Source: Lama guanicoe (lineage: Eukaryota). From it: a DNA stretch of 64,000 bases. The stretch covers positions 268,370-332,369 of the forward strand of contig MU053513.1 in the NCBI GenBank assembly GCA_013239625.1, in the 5' to 3' direction. Below the pieces are notes generated by a model, which was given only the letters and a program-made list of their open reading frames with translations, made no database searches and was not told the origin of the DNA. Numbering within the stretch: the stretch's first letter is position 1; each line of letters starts with the position of its first letter. The translations under genes were made by a program, and so were the position numbers. Below are positions 40,941-53,683 of this stretch, one piece after another.

Positions 40941-42634
40941 CAAATGCGATTATCATGGAGTTTAGCTTAGTTGGAAAACAGAAATAGGAGATAGTTGGGG
41001 GGGTTAGGAGGTCACTAGGGGGGTTCTGACGGGATCCTGTTTATTTAAAATGGTCAAAATTAGGAAGTTTGGGTGCTGATGGGAAAAATCTCATAGATAA
41101 TAAAAATCTGAGGCAGCATGAAATACTTGAAGTATATCTTTCCTGGACTTCTGAACACAGAAATATGGTTGCAATAGTGTTTATATCTGTATCAGTGGTG
41201 TTATTCTGAAATCATTTGAGATCTTCTTGTGCGTGTTCACAAAACAGAAATTGCTCTAAAATCCTACTGTAGATTACAGATATACAGATCAATGTAAATT
41301 ATATTCTCATATATTCAAGTAATATCAACACTTGATCTATAAACATTAACTCACAATACTTCTGCACAACTCATTACATCTACCCCTTCAGTATCTTACA
41401 TAGTTGTTATAAATAAGTAACGTAAAATATAAAGGGGCTTCGAAAGGAAATGCTTCTATTTCTTTTTTACTGGGGAAAGAATTATATTTAATTAGCACGC
41501 TAATTTTACATACATGCATGCATGTATTTTATGCTGAAACTCACTATGGTTTATGACCAATGCACAGATAATAAGGTGTCTCCAACTTACAAGTAGGCTT
41601 TTATAAATAAATAATAAAAATAAGTATTTCTAGAGAAATTAATTACTTGAAACTATGCTAAATGTTGTATTTGACTTCCTGTAATACTAAAAACCTGAAA
41701 AAAATACATGTTGCAAAGTAACTCATTTTGCAGATAATGAGGTTGAATTGAATGTAGAGTGTATTTCTTTAGAGTTAAAAATGGTCTGTAAGTGTAGGCT
41801 AAGTCTTAGATAGCTCAAAACAGCATGTAGCTCTTAAGTTAGTAAGTTATATTTCCTTTGTGTTGATCTCTCTTAATTGGTTATTTTCCAGTCTTTATGG
41901 CCAGATAGTCAAGAGTTTCTAGAAATTTTAATAGGTGTTAATAAGAAGTTAGTGTTCCATATTCTATAATTTTTTTAAAAATATAGGTAAGAAAAATACA
42001 GTTGATTATGAAAAAAACTGTCATAACCATGAAATCCAGATATGGCATAATGTGTAATTCTTCCTTCCTGACTGTATGAGATTCAAAATCTGAGTATAAA
42101 TTCACATTTATATTTTACACAATAATCATCACTTAAAAGTACATTGGTTTTTTGATGATCATCTGTTTTTGTTTTTCTTAATAAAAGTAACTGGTTTAAT
42201 TTATTTAAAGTATTGTTTTCCATTGTTATAGAAATGTAAAAGATGAAAGTCACATTTGGACTATTTCTTGGCAGCAGTTAATCCGTGTTTATTTTTCCTG
42301 TCCCATACGTCTTATCACAGTAGGTATTTTATGAGTGCATATGGCTGTCCTGTCAGTATATATCATTAAATTTCTGTACCCGCCAAAAAATCAAGAAAAT
42401 CTCTTGTTATTGACCTATGGCTGCTCAAAATTCTGCTGCTATATAGACCTCCAGGTTTGTGCGGTCCACCCAGCACCTTACTTGTCTGTAACAGTAGTCA
42501 TTTCCATGAGAAAATGTGTTCTCAATGCCACTGTGGATATCGGGTGGACCACACATCATCCCCCTACCCACTAGGTGTGTCTGATGGTTACCGTGGAAGT
42601 AGTGCCAGTAAGGGGACACAAGGTAATATTTAGG

Positions 42635-42850
42635 ACTGTGGGCTCTAGAAGAAGGCTACAAGGGGACCAATGATGACTAGCTATAAGATCATAGATGTGT
42701 CCTCTGATCCCACTCAGCTTCACTTTCTACACCTCTAAAGTAAAAGTTATAATGACATCTGTGTCATAGATCATAGGCATTTGAGGGTTAAATGATAATG
42801 TATTGCTTAATACATTGCTTAGTATGCAGTTAATGCCTAATAAATGTTGA
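42635..42850 (+). mobile_element. MIR SINE
   Basis: gtgggctctaga...ctcagcttcactttctacacctctaaagt...ttgagggttaaatgataatg...taataaatgtt. Confidence 0.6.
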
Positions 42851-42960
42851 GAGAACAAAAAGGAAGATGATTCCATCATCTGGAGCATAATACTTTGTTC
42901 CAAATAACATCTAGATGATCAAAAATTCTTGGGTTATTAATTTTACATGTATGTCGAATG

Positions 42961-43018
42961 TATATACATATGTGTGTGTGTGTGTATATATACACACACA
43001 CACACACATATATATATA
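42961..43018. repeat. Compound palindromic microsatellite (TG)7(TA)4(CA)8
   Basis: Directly visible: TG 42971-42984, TA 42985-42992, CA 42993-43008. Confidence 0.95.
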
Positions 43019-43999
43019 AATGGAGAGAGAGGTAACTTGTTTTTTAAAATCACATTTCTTAAGAAAATAAAGAATTCCATTGCAGCTATGTGCGCATTAA
43101 CTATGATACATCTAAAAATTATCAGTAAATTGACCACATTAAATTATAGTAGAAAATCATATTTTAAACAAAATTATTGAGCTATATTATGAACAGTCTA
43201 GTAATCTATTTTCTGCACTTTTAGGGTGAGTTGAGGTATATAATTTCCCTTAATGGCTCTACTTAGTGGAAAAAAAAGTTTGGTTATAGATTCCCAAATA
43301 ATTAAAGGTCTTAAATAGGCTGCCTATGAAGTGTTCTTATTTGAATGAGCAGTCACACTTTATTACTTTGCTAAACTATGCAGTTTTATATAAGTTTATA
43401 TGAGCAGGTTTGTAATATACTAATGAAATTGAATGTTAATGTTCTGCAATGTGAAAACATGAGCCTACTGGAAGAAACATTCCAAAGAAGAGACACTTTG
43501 TGTAAATCTTCTTGAAACTCAGTGTTCTGCAGTATAATTCATGCAGCAACAAGGTCACTTGCTAAAAACATTTTCACGCATTTCCATCAACTTGAGATTG
43601 TTTCTGGCAGTTTGCTTGTTTGTTTTTTGCTTTGTGGTCAGGCAGACTTTGGGATCGAGAGCTGAGATTAGCCAAACGTTTGATTTTGTGAATTTCAGCA
43701 GGAACCCAGATAGGCATATGCTATAGACGTTTAGCACAATTGACAAAGTCATCTTTGTGCCAAGACTGACTATGATAAAACTTAAATCTACACAGTTTCT
43801 GTCTTTGTTTTTGTTTTTTATGTGTCCTATCTGTCTCAGTCAGTCTTCTCTTCCTTGGAAAGAGGACTTTTAGGAGTCACCTCCTTTCTTCCACCCAGAC
43901 CCATCTTATTACTTTTGTCGAAATCCTTATGAGTCCAGGGTCTGTCTTGAATTCTAGCAAACAGAGAAAAGTCTAAGTGAATATATAACTGGAGGTACT

Positions 44000-44140
44000 A
44001 TTTATTGAGCATCAAATGTATTGGTTTACATATTTTATCAATTCTTAAAATTATCTTGGAATATAGGAACAATTTTCTCCCTTATTATAGATACTGAGAT
44101 TAAGATTCCTTGGTCACATGACCAGCCAAAGCCACAGAGC
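44000..44140 (-). mobile_element. MIR fragment
   Basis: tatttattgagca...ccttattatagatactgagatt...ccaaagccacagagctggt. Confidence 0.55.
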
Positions 44141-46279
44141 TGGTGTTCACCATTTATGGGCTATGAGGTCAATTCCACCTGGCTCAGGATTTAGTGCTGC
44201 CTGGCTGGGTAATCTGAGAAGTTAATTCCTACAAAAGGATTAATAACTAATGATGACTTCACAGATGACTTCCCCAGGTCATAGTTTTTCTTAAGGAAAA
44301 CCAATTGCCTAAGCAGAAAACATGGCCGTGACCATGGGATGATGTTAAAAAAAGAAGAGTGTTTAAAATGTATGAACTGAAAATCTGCTGCTTTATTTAT
44401 GAGTAGGGATTTAAAAATGGCGTATTCACAAATGCAACAACTACCAGAAACTGTGTAAATGAGGGATAAATACTTTGATCAAATAAGATTAGCAGAGATT
44501 TTAGTTCGGTTGGTGGTTGTTGATTATTATTATTATTTTTTTTGAAGAATGAGAAGGATGACTTTTAAAGGAGACCTAAATTGCTTGACCCAAACAAAAT
44601 CAGAATGAGGTAGAAAAATCACTGACCTAGAAACCCTAACTTGTTTACTGGCGAATTTGTGCTTCAGTGTTTTTTCAGAAATACGGATATTTTTTAAAGT
44701 CTTTTGAAATAAAATTTAGGAGATTATAAAAATTACCATAATTAATAGATTTCTAATAGTACTATGCACTAAAGCATCTCTAAAAAAATTGTTTTTGGAC
44801 TTTTGAACAATCAGTTGACTGGCTTCTATGATTCAGGAAGAACATAGCCATCAGTCATCAGGAGTAAGATGAATTGATCAAGACATTTTTCCTATTACTT
44901 TCTGGGTTAAAATAAATTTCAGGTTACAAGGTGTTAAACTCTCACCTAGATATAAACAAGCAGTGTGCATTCTACCAGAGATTTCATCATTCAAGCTGAG
45001 TCAATGTGGTTAATGTAATGATTTTTACTAAATGTACAGAAGTTGGAAAATTAAATACTTAACTGGCATAAGGTAAATTGTTTACTGACTTTCTCTTATC
45101 TAGCAATACAAGTGGAAACTCCAGTCACACCTTTGAATCATTAAAATAGACAGTGTAATAAAAGAAAAATAGTCTTTACTTTGGTTTCCACTTAATATAC
45201 CCAGAGCATTTCAGGTGATTAAAGGCATGTGCAGTTGAATGTGTTGAGACAGCTCGATCCAGGTAAGTGGGGCTCCCCACAGAGAAGCTGAGACTTACTG
45301 GTGTAAAGTTCTACCTCCCTAAAAAATTCAACTCTTTGCAACTTATATATTCAGTTCCCAGGTGAAACTAAAATATGTTCCTATACAACAAACTTAAGCA
45401 TTTGTCTTTCATTGTTTCAGTTCTTAAAAACCTGAAATCTCTTGGTTAGGCTTTCTTTAGTGACATTTTTAATATTGAATCAGTGATACCTCTAATCTCC
45501 AGAGCCAACGTTGTATGTCTTGTACTCTGAAGTTGTGCCATGTAAACAAATTGTTTTTCTAATCTTTTTATAGTTTTTAAGAAAAGTTCAATCTAATCTG
45601 TACAACATCATCAAATTTTTATTCCCTAACTCTTCTTTTATTTACAGGCAAAACTCAATTTCCAAAGATATAGATTATTGCCAACATAACTGGATCGTGG
45701 ACCACAAATCAATACATTTGATAGTATTATAGTTAAGGTTTTAGAAAATCACATCACAAACCACACTGTGCATTAGTCTTGTTTTATTCTTTTTAGTAAT
45801 TCAGCTTTAGTTATAATACTATATTTTTATTTTGTGTATTTTTTCTGAGTAGAAGGAAATGGTATCTTAAATTATAAAGAAACTAATCATGCTACATAGT
45901 TTCCCTACCTGTTTAAGTTATTTCTCTTATCGAGCATTAGTTTTTATAATGTTAATATTCACACACCTTCTAAAAAGCAAAGAGTCATTAGAAAAACTAT
46001 TTTATTGTATTTACATACAATGAGTGCCAGGAATGTTTCTTTAAGGAGGATTAAAATCATTCAATTTGATTGTGAAATTGAAATTTCTTATTAAGGATTT
46101 CTTCATCCACTTTCTCAACTTTATGATGTAGGAAGTAATGTTGCCATTTTATGGATTTTGAAAAGAATTCTCCCAGACTTGCCTAAATTGAACAATTTAT
46201 AGGTAGCTAATCTGAGGTCCAAACACATTCATCTGACTATAGGAATGACATTTCTTTCAAAAGTAACTAACTAAGACCC

Positions 46280-46520
46280 AACATTTATTGTATACTTGTG
46301 TATGATGGTTAGTTATAAATGCTTTGGAGTGTTAAATCAAACCTCATTCTTTCTCTCTATCTCTGTCTCTGTCTCTCTGTCTCTCTCTCTTACAAACACA
46401 CACACACACTACATACACACATAAACACACACACAGACAGCATTTTATAGATGAAGAAATGAAGACACAGAGAAATTAAGTAACTTGTGTAGCTAACAAG
46501 CTAGTAAGTGGCAAAAGTAA
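46280..46520 (-). mobile_element. MIR interrupted by (TC/TG)n-(CA)n microsatellite
   Basis: cattttatagatgaagaaatgaagacacagagaaattaagtaacttg core; microsatellite 46350-46436. Confidence 0.75.
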
Positions 46521-46799
46521 AATCAAAATATACATTATTCCAAATGTATTCCAAATGCAGGCTGTGGAGTAAGAATGCCTGAAACCTACCCCAGCTTCAC
46601 CACGTTATTCCCACCAAGTGCTCTGGTGACAGTGGCAAGAGTTTCAAACATGCTTGTGTTGTAATATAGCTAATTGTCTGTATTTTTATAATAATTTTGA
46701 GTCTCCCTTTCTATTATTTTTTATTGAAGTGTAGTTGGGTTACAATGTTTTAATTTCTAGTGTACCCTATTATATTGATTGATTTATTATTGTATGATC

Positions 46800-47360
46800 C
46801 CATATTTTAAAATTATTTTATATTTCATCAAGTTCTGCCCTTTGTTTGTTCTTTTCTAGGTTTATATTTGGTTTTAATCAGGTGATTATTTAATAACAAC
46901 TTGAGTTGACACATACCACTCATACATTTATACATTCTTGATTTTTTTTACAGTTTCCTAATGACTACCTTAGATGGTCCCACAAATTTTGACAAGAAGC
47001 AAGTTCATTTTCATACAGCTCTGAGTATTTTGAAATTTCCCTAAAACTTTTCTGTGCAAACCAGAGGTTATTTGGGAGTATGTTTTTTTAATCCCCTGAA
47101 AACTGAGCTAGTGTAAGCTAAGTTTTTACTCTATCATTCTGTTTTATTTCCTTTAATTGTATTATTTTATAATATTACCAATATAATTATATTATATATT
47201 GTGTATATATATTTATTTAGTATATATGCATATATTTGTATTAATATCTGAGAACTCAGTCCATTGATTGATTTTTTGAAATCTATAAAAAACTTTCTTT
47301 TATGATGATGCACACTGAGTTTTCTATTGGTAATATGCATATTATTTAAAACAATGAATA
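46800..47360 (-). mobile_element. Old L1 fragment (ORF2 5' region)
   Basis: tcccacaaattttgac...ttcattttcat...agaggttatttgggagtatgtt motifs. Confidence 0.5.
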
Positions 47361-47364
47361 TTCT

Positions 47365-48630
47365 GGAGTGATGTCAGCAGGATTATAGAATAGGAAGCCC
47401 CAAACTTCATTCCCCCACAGAGACATTGACTTAATAACACCGTATGGTCCAAAAAGCCTTTATGAGACCTTCAGAAGCCAGTTAGGAAGTCACAATACCC
47501 CAGGCAAGTGCAAAGCCAAGAACAGCTGCATCAAAGGAGTAGGAAAAACCATTGCATTTAATGTGTGACAGCCTTTTACTCCTAAGCTTTCCCAGCTCAG
47601 TGAAGCCAAAAGAAAACACTCTACTCATAACTTCTAATTTGGGAGGAAAGAGTGGAGCATACATCCAATATTCCGGCTTTTAGTTGGCGATTGCCCAAGA
47701 GACGGGTTTCTGTCTCACCTGACTGAGAGTGCTGACAGAGAATTGCAAACTTTGGATTCCTGAAGACCATTAGGAACAAAAAAGTTAAGCAGCTTGTTTT
47801 GGCACCAGGGAACATGCAGTACCACAGATAAATTCCAAGAGGAGCAAGGGATTATAAACTCCTGATTAAAAACAAACAAACAAAAACAACTGACTGTCTG
47901 ACTGGAAATTTACATGCACAAACCCAGCAAAGACACATCCCAGAAAATCCGGAAAGGCCACAGGAATCTCTAGCCAGGCTGATTTGTGCAGTTCCTTCCC
48001 TGTATAAAGCTAGTATCTAAAGTTAAGAGTAGTGGCTGTTTCTCAAATGCCCAAATCTCGTCAGCAAACAACAAGGCATATGAAGAAACAGGAAAACATG
48101 GCCCAATCAAAGGGACAAAATAAATCTCCAGAAACTGACCCTAATGAAAAGGACACCCATGAATTACCTAACAAAAATTTCAAAGTAATTATCTTAAAAA
48201 AGCTAAATGAGCTAAAGAAAACGCAGACAACTAAACACAGTCTGGAAAACAGTGTATAAACAAAATGTGGGTATCAATAAAGAAACAGAAACTGTAAAAC
48301 ATACAAAAACAAATTCTGGAGCTGAAGAATACAATAACTGAGTTTAATAATTCACTAGAGGGGTTCAGTCTCAGACTTCATAAAATAGAAGAATCCACAA
48401 ACTTGAAGATAGGTAATTTGAAATTTTCAAGTTAAGAGTAATAAAAAGGAAAAAAAAAAAAAAAGAAAGAAAGCAAAGAAAGCCGAAGGACTTACGGCAG
48501 AAATTCCAGGGGACTAAAATACACAGGATGGGAGTCCCAGAAGGAAAAGACAGAAAGAAAAGGGCAAACAGCTTATTTGGAGAAATAAGGTTGAAAACTC
48601 TGAATCTAAGGAAGGAAATGGTTATAGAGT
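47365..48630 (+). mobile_element. L1 5'UTR plus decayed ORF1 (no ORF2)
   Basis: Starts gagtgatgtcagcagg..aatagg like L1M 5' ends; ORF 48032..48259 (RHMKKQENMAQSK..NKSPETDP..ELP..FK..ILKKLNEL) and downstream gggagtcccagaagga (GVPEG) are L1 ORF1-like. Confidence 0.88.
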
Positions 48631-48764
48631 CTATGCTTATTATTTTAACAACTGTCCCTGTTATTCTTTTTATTGGAACCATCTGAAAAATGGTTTCAGA
48701 ATTCTTCTCTTGATACTGTCATCCTTTTTGTTTTTTTTCCCGATAACTTCTGGGACTTTCCTTA

Positions 48765-48865
48765 ATTTCCTTTTTAGTTTGTTCTTTGTTAGTGTGTAGA
48801 GACACAACTGATTTGGGGATGTTGATTTTGTATCCTGAAACATTGCTGAGTTTATTTATTAATTT
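48765..48865 (-). mobile_element. L1 ORF2 fragment
   Basis: tgttagtgtgtagagacacaactgattt...tgttgattttgtatcctgaaacattgctgagttt. Confidence 0.75.
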
Positions 48866-48907
48866 ACTTTTTCTTCTACCTTGCTAGATTTTTTTTTGTT
48901 CATAGTA

Positions 48908-49250
48908 CTGTAGATTGATTATTGTTCCCAATTCTTCACTCTTTTCCTATAATAGAATTGTACATATATGTCCTATGTCAAGTGACTTTGCAGTGCTAAA
49001 ACCTAAAACAGACAAAGTATACAACAGTCATAGTAAATTTCAGCTCAGCATAGAGACTTTCTTTAGCCATAGGAATGTAAACCGATATGAATAAGCAAAA
49101 AGTTGAATTGTGTTTGCTTGTTTTGACTTGTTATTCTGTGATTCTACTAACTCCCTTGAGAAAAAGTCTCAAAGAAGCAGACACGTGCTAAAAATAATTA
49201 TTTTTAGCCTTTGAAATTTTAAGACTTCCTTAAAGTAGAATAATTGACAA
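48908..49250 (+). mobile_element. MaLR LTR (MLT1H/I-like)
   Basis: tgtagattgattattgttcccaattcttcactc...gtgactttgcagtg...ctttagccataggaatgt. Confidence 0.6.
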
Positions 49251-50689
49251 AAATAGAGGCTGTATCCATCCTGTTGTTAAGCTCACACATTATTTTGTAA
49301 TTATCTGTTTAAATGTAAAATATTCAAGACAAAATGTATGTGTTCTAAAATATAACAAGATGGTACTATCAGTGAACTCACCACCCCACTTAAGAAATGT
49401 CATTGCTAAAGCCAGTGAGACTCCATACTCACTCCTTTCTGATAACTCTGTTTCTCCCCTATCCTGGATTTTGTGTTTATCATTCTATTGCTTAACTTTA
49501 GAATATTATTCTATATGTCTATATCTCTAAACAATATTGTATATGCATATTCCTCCATATAAAGTTTAGGTTGACTACATTATTTTGAGTACATTTATTA
49601 GATTTCATTCAGGAAATTATGATTGATTGATAGATTTGACAGTAGTTGTGTTAGTTTCTGAGTGTAGCTCTAAAAATCATCAACCTCCTTTCTACTCTCT
49701 GTATTGAAATTTGAAGGAAGAGACTAACCCATTGGCCTCATCATGTCTGGAATAAGTAGTCAAAAAGACACTTTCATTTTTTGTATAAATTAAAAACTCT
49801 CCTTAAAGTGTTGTTCTTTTGATATCAGAATTTAGTATTTTAATGGCCTAACTGATTATAATTACAGACATTTGTTCCATTATACTCATGAATGATGAAT
49901 GATTCAAAAGGCAATCTATTGAATTCAGATTTTTCTCATCTATTTTTAAATTAGAAAACTCAAGCAGTAATTTAGAGTAACAAAGCAAAGATTGTTTTGT
50001 GGTCCCAGATCCCTCCTTTATTTAATTAAAATTGTTTTTAAAAATAATCATTGGGAATAAGGTATTTTGTTTAACAGAATATTAAAGCATAAACACTTTA
50101 TTGCGTATGCTTTTGAAACAAATAATTTTATTTTGCACAAAATTATAAAAATAAGATTGCATCCAGGATGTACATCTCCAAATACGATTTATACAGTATC
50201 CTTCTTTGTTATATATTAATGTAAATATGTAGTTTGATTTCAGGGTGTTGGTAAGTGAAGCATGTAAACTTGAAATCAAAATGAAATTTGTTTTGTGAGA
50301 TGAAGCTTTCTTTCTTCTTTTTTTAAATCTAAAAATGTTACATCGTGTCATCAAATTAATTTTGTCAGTAGTCTCTATGTTATCTTTTAATTACAATACA
50401 TAACATATGTGTAGTAATAATATATAACATAGATGCTCATGCATATATAACCTAAACAGTACGTGTGCTTTATAAACAAAACACGTTTTAACTACAACAT
50501 ATAACACAACAGATAACGGTTCTTACTGCATTTGCACGGAGAAGTAAATCTTCAACAGAATAAGGGCAGTAGAGTGTTTTTCGCTAGTTTCAGAATGCAT
50601 TTTTGTCCTAAGTATTGGTGACACTTCAGTCTGTGTGCTCCACAGCCTAGCATCAGCCAACAGAGAAGACGGTGATGGACACTATTGAA

Positions 50690-51300
50690 AACGAGATTTG
50701 CATATATCCTTTGAAAGAAAGTGAGGATTTATCATTTGTTTGATACTTTATTTGGGCCTTCTTTGGGGTTTTAATATGAGGTAGTATTATAAGATTCAGG
50801 GATGTTTTTTCAAAAATATTTATTACCTTATTAAGGCAAACTGTCTTCCCTGCCGGTGGATGATGTTTTATAGAAAAACACAAAATCCTATAAACTTCAC
50901 GGCTGGAGTCCAGCCACTGTTTAGCTGACAACACTATAACCATTACTTTTGTTCTAATTTTAAGGACAGTAGTAGCAGCACTTCAATTAACCAATTAATC
51001 AAAATAATATTCAAGTTTCTGCACACTAGTTCGTACAGGCTCTCCACATAGCACATTATTTCAAATGAATGCCACCTCCTGCTATGGTGGGTGTTCAGCT
51101 GGCCTAGAAAAGCACAGTAGTTAGCTCCTTCATTGCAGCAAAAAAAAAGTTAACACTGACACTTAAGTGGCCATAATTAGTCCACTGAGATTAATGCGGG
51201 AACTTTGTACCCCTCCCAGTGTCATTGTCACAGATTTATGATACCCTCTGAATTGCGGTAGTTCATCGGTTCATTTTGCAAATAGTTTTCTCACTTAGAA
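50690..51300. promoter_or_regulatory. Candidate conserved developmental enhancer
   Basis: Non-repetitive, CpG-retaining; octamer ATTTGCAT 50696-50703, CAATTAACCAATTAATC 50984-51000, NKX palindrome CACTTAAGTG 51160-51169, GGCCATAATTAG 51169-51180, TGTCATTGTCA 51220-51230, GATTTATGA 51233-51241. Confidence 0.45.
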
Positions 51301-51785
51301 TGCCTAGAAGCTCATTTAAAAAAAAAAGAAAAAAAATGATCTTGGGTACTGTAGGAAACAGCCTCTACTGAACGAAGTCTAAAGGAAGACCTTACACCTT
51401 CAAACTGTAGTGTTTTCTCAGTGCTTGTACGAGAAAGACACATCAAGTGACCATATATAAAAACCAAATCCTTGTAATTCAGAACATTAATATTTAGCAG
51501 AGTAAATGGGAAAGTTCAGAGATTAATTTTCCGTGAATACAAGTTTGAAAACATAAAAGGATTTAAAAAAAGCAAATTTTGCCCTATTCAAACCGTTTCA
51601 TCAAAATATTTGACATGTTTTATGAAAAAAGCTTACAATAACAAAAGGGCATAAAATATGGTATCAGATTATATATCGGGCAAAAACGAACAAGCCAATT
51701 TTATTTCAGTGCCTTTTTATAGTAGTAGAGAAAAATATACTGGCATGTAATTGGTTTTATGAATATTATTATGGTTTAGTTTAAT

Positions 51786-52450
51786 TTTTTTTTCTTTTCC
51801 CATTTTATTGAGATGTAATTGGCATACAGCCGTGCAGGAGTTTAAAGTGTACCACATTTTGATTTAACTAGCATACATCATGGAATGATTACCACAATAA
51901 GTCTGCTGAACAGATAACATCTCATACCGATAAAAAATAAAAGAACAAGAAAAAAATTTTTCCGTGTGATGAGAACTTTTAGGGTTTACTCTCTTAACAA
52001 CTTCCATATATAACTTACAGCAGTGTTAGTTGCATCAATCACGTTGTGCATTACAGCCCTAGTACTTATCCCTCTTATAGCTAGAAGCTTGTACCTTTGA
52101 TTACCTTCATCACCATCCAAAGATATTGTACTATTATTAACTCTCTTCCTCTCACTGTACATTTCATCCCCATGACATTTATTTTGTAACTGGAAAGTTT
52201 GTACCTTATTCCCCCCAAGTATTTCACTCACCCCTCCGGCTCCACCACCCCTCTGGCAGTGACCTGTTTGTTCTCTGTATCTATGACTCTGTTTCTGTTG
52301 TGTTATTTGTTATTTGTTATGTATTCTGTTTCTTATTTGTTCATTTGCTTTGTTTTTGAGATTCCACATAAATTTTAGAGACCTTATGGTATTTGGCCTT
52401 CTCTGTCCGATGTGTTTTGCTTAGCCTAATACACTCTAGGTCCATCCATC
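51786..52450 (-). mobile_element. L1 3'UTR (L1MA9-like, laurasiatherian type)
   Basis: T-rich tail then ttttattgagatgtaattggcataca...gtgatgagaactttt...gttctctgtatctatga...gagattccacata...tctaggtccatccat. Confidence 0.88.
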
Positions 52451-53057
52451 CTCTTCAGATTTCTTCAGGTTAGTGAAAACGGTGCTAATGGAAGTCTTTG
52501 GCAAAACTGAAGTGACAAAAGCAAACTTTCAAAGAGTGAGGGATACCTGTATTTGGTTGGACAGTTGTAGTTTTGAGGCAGATCACAGAGAAATGTTCTT
52601 TCTAACTGGCAGTAAGAACTTGTGATCATTCCATAAAGAAATACAGACCTAAAGACTGAGAAACTCAGGCTCTTTAAATATTTATGATATAAGAAAGAAA
52701 CTTCTTTTCTAGAAATTGCTTCAAGAAATACCACTCAAAAAAGCATCTATGCAGGTCAATGAAAGTAAGGTTTAGAAGCTTGAATTAAGGTTAATAATAA
52801 TTAAGCTTTGTTTTTCTCATTATAGAATACTCAATATATTCAAGAATTTGTAATATGTAGGTGAGTTAAAAAGAATTACCGAAAAAAAAGAGAAAAAATA
52901 GGAATGACCACTTTCCTACTTTCCATCTTAAGACACAACTTTAAATCCCTCATGCTCTCCTCTGATTATAAACTTCATTCCCCAGCAGAAGTAATCATTG
53001 TTTTTAATTATGTATGTAACTTCTCCTTGGTTTTATGTACATCTTTACCAAAAAAAA

Positions 53058-53190
53058 TTTTTTAACATTTTTTATTGATTCATAATCATTTTACAATGTT
53101 GTGTCAAATTCCAGTGTTCAGCACAATTTTTCAGTCATTCATGGACATATACACACTCATTGTCACATTTTTTTCTCTGTGATTTATCAT
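53058..53190 (-). mobile_element. Young 5'-truncated camelid-type L1 3' end with TSD
   Basis: ttttttaacattttttattgattcataatcattttacaatgttgtgtcaaattccagtg; flanked by tacc(a)n(t)n at 53046 and 53192. Confidence 0.8.
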
Positions 53191-53504
53191 ATACCAAAAA
53201 ATTTTTTTAAAACCCCTTTCTCTCCATCTCTCTGTCTGTATATGTGTGTGTGTGTGTGTTATGTGCATTGTGTTTTGCATGATTTGACATCTATACAAAT
53301 GGATTCCTGTATATATTCATCTGCAACTTGTTTTTTTTTTAGCTCAGAGGTTCATCCACATGGTTTCATAGCTGTAGTCTTACATCGTCACTGTAGTACT
53401 GTATTCCATTGTATTGTATTTATCCATTCTTCTCCTAATGAACATGTTTTTGTCCAGTTTTGTGTATGGCTCTAGTTGCACAAATACAAGAGTAGTTTTT
53501 ATTG

Positions 53505-53683
53505 TGATGGTTCTCAACCTGTGTTCTGATCAGCAGCATTGCCTGGGAACTTGTTAGGTATGCAGATTCTTCAGCCCCATCCCAGACATCCTGAATCAGA
53601 AATTCCAGGGTTGGTGAGCCCAGGAGTCCTCAAACAATCTCTCCGAGTGAATCTAATGTACATTCAGTTGCAAAACCCACTGA
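53505..53683 (+). mobile_element. MER5A MITE
   Basis: gatggttctcaa...cagcagcattgcctgggaacttgttag..atgcagattct..catcccagac..ctgaatcagaa...acccactg. Confidence 0.88.

Noticed and set aside
50832..51158. miRNA seed matches on the minus strand (miR-15/16 at 50973-50980, miR-141/200a at 51151-51158, miR-124 at 50832-50838), or a miR-15/16-family gene on the plus strand
   Set aside because: Only 7-9 nt matches, no precursor hairpin and no upstream coding exon found; kept only as the alternative 3'-exon hypothesis
52547..52648. 102-nt minus-strand exon with an open frame (SVFLYGMITSSYCQLERTFLCDLPQNYNCPTKY) and U12-like donor GTATCCCT
   Set aside because: Peptide not recognised, donor deviates from the U12 consensus GTATCCTT, and no partner exons were found
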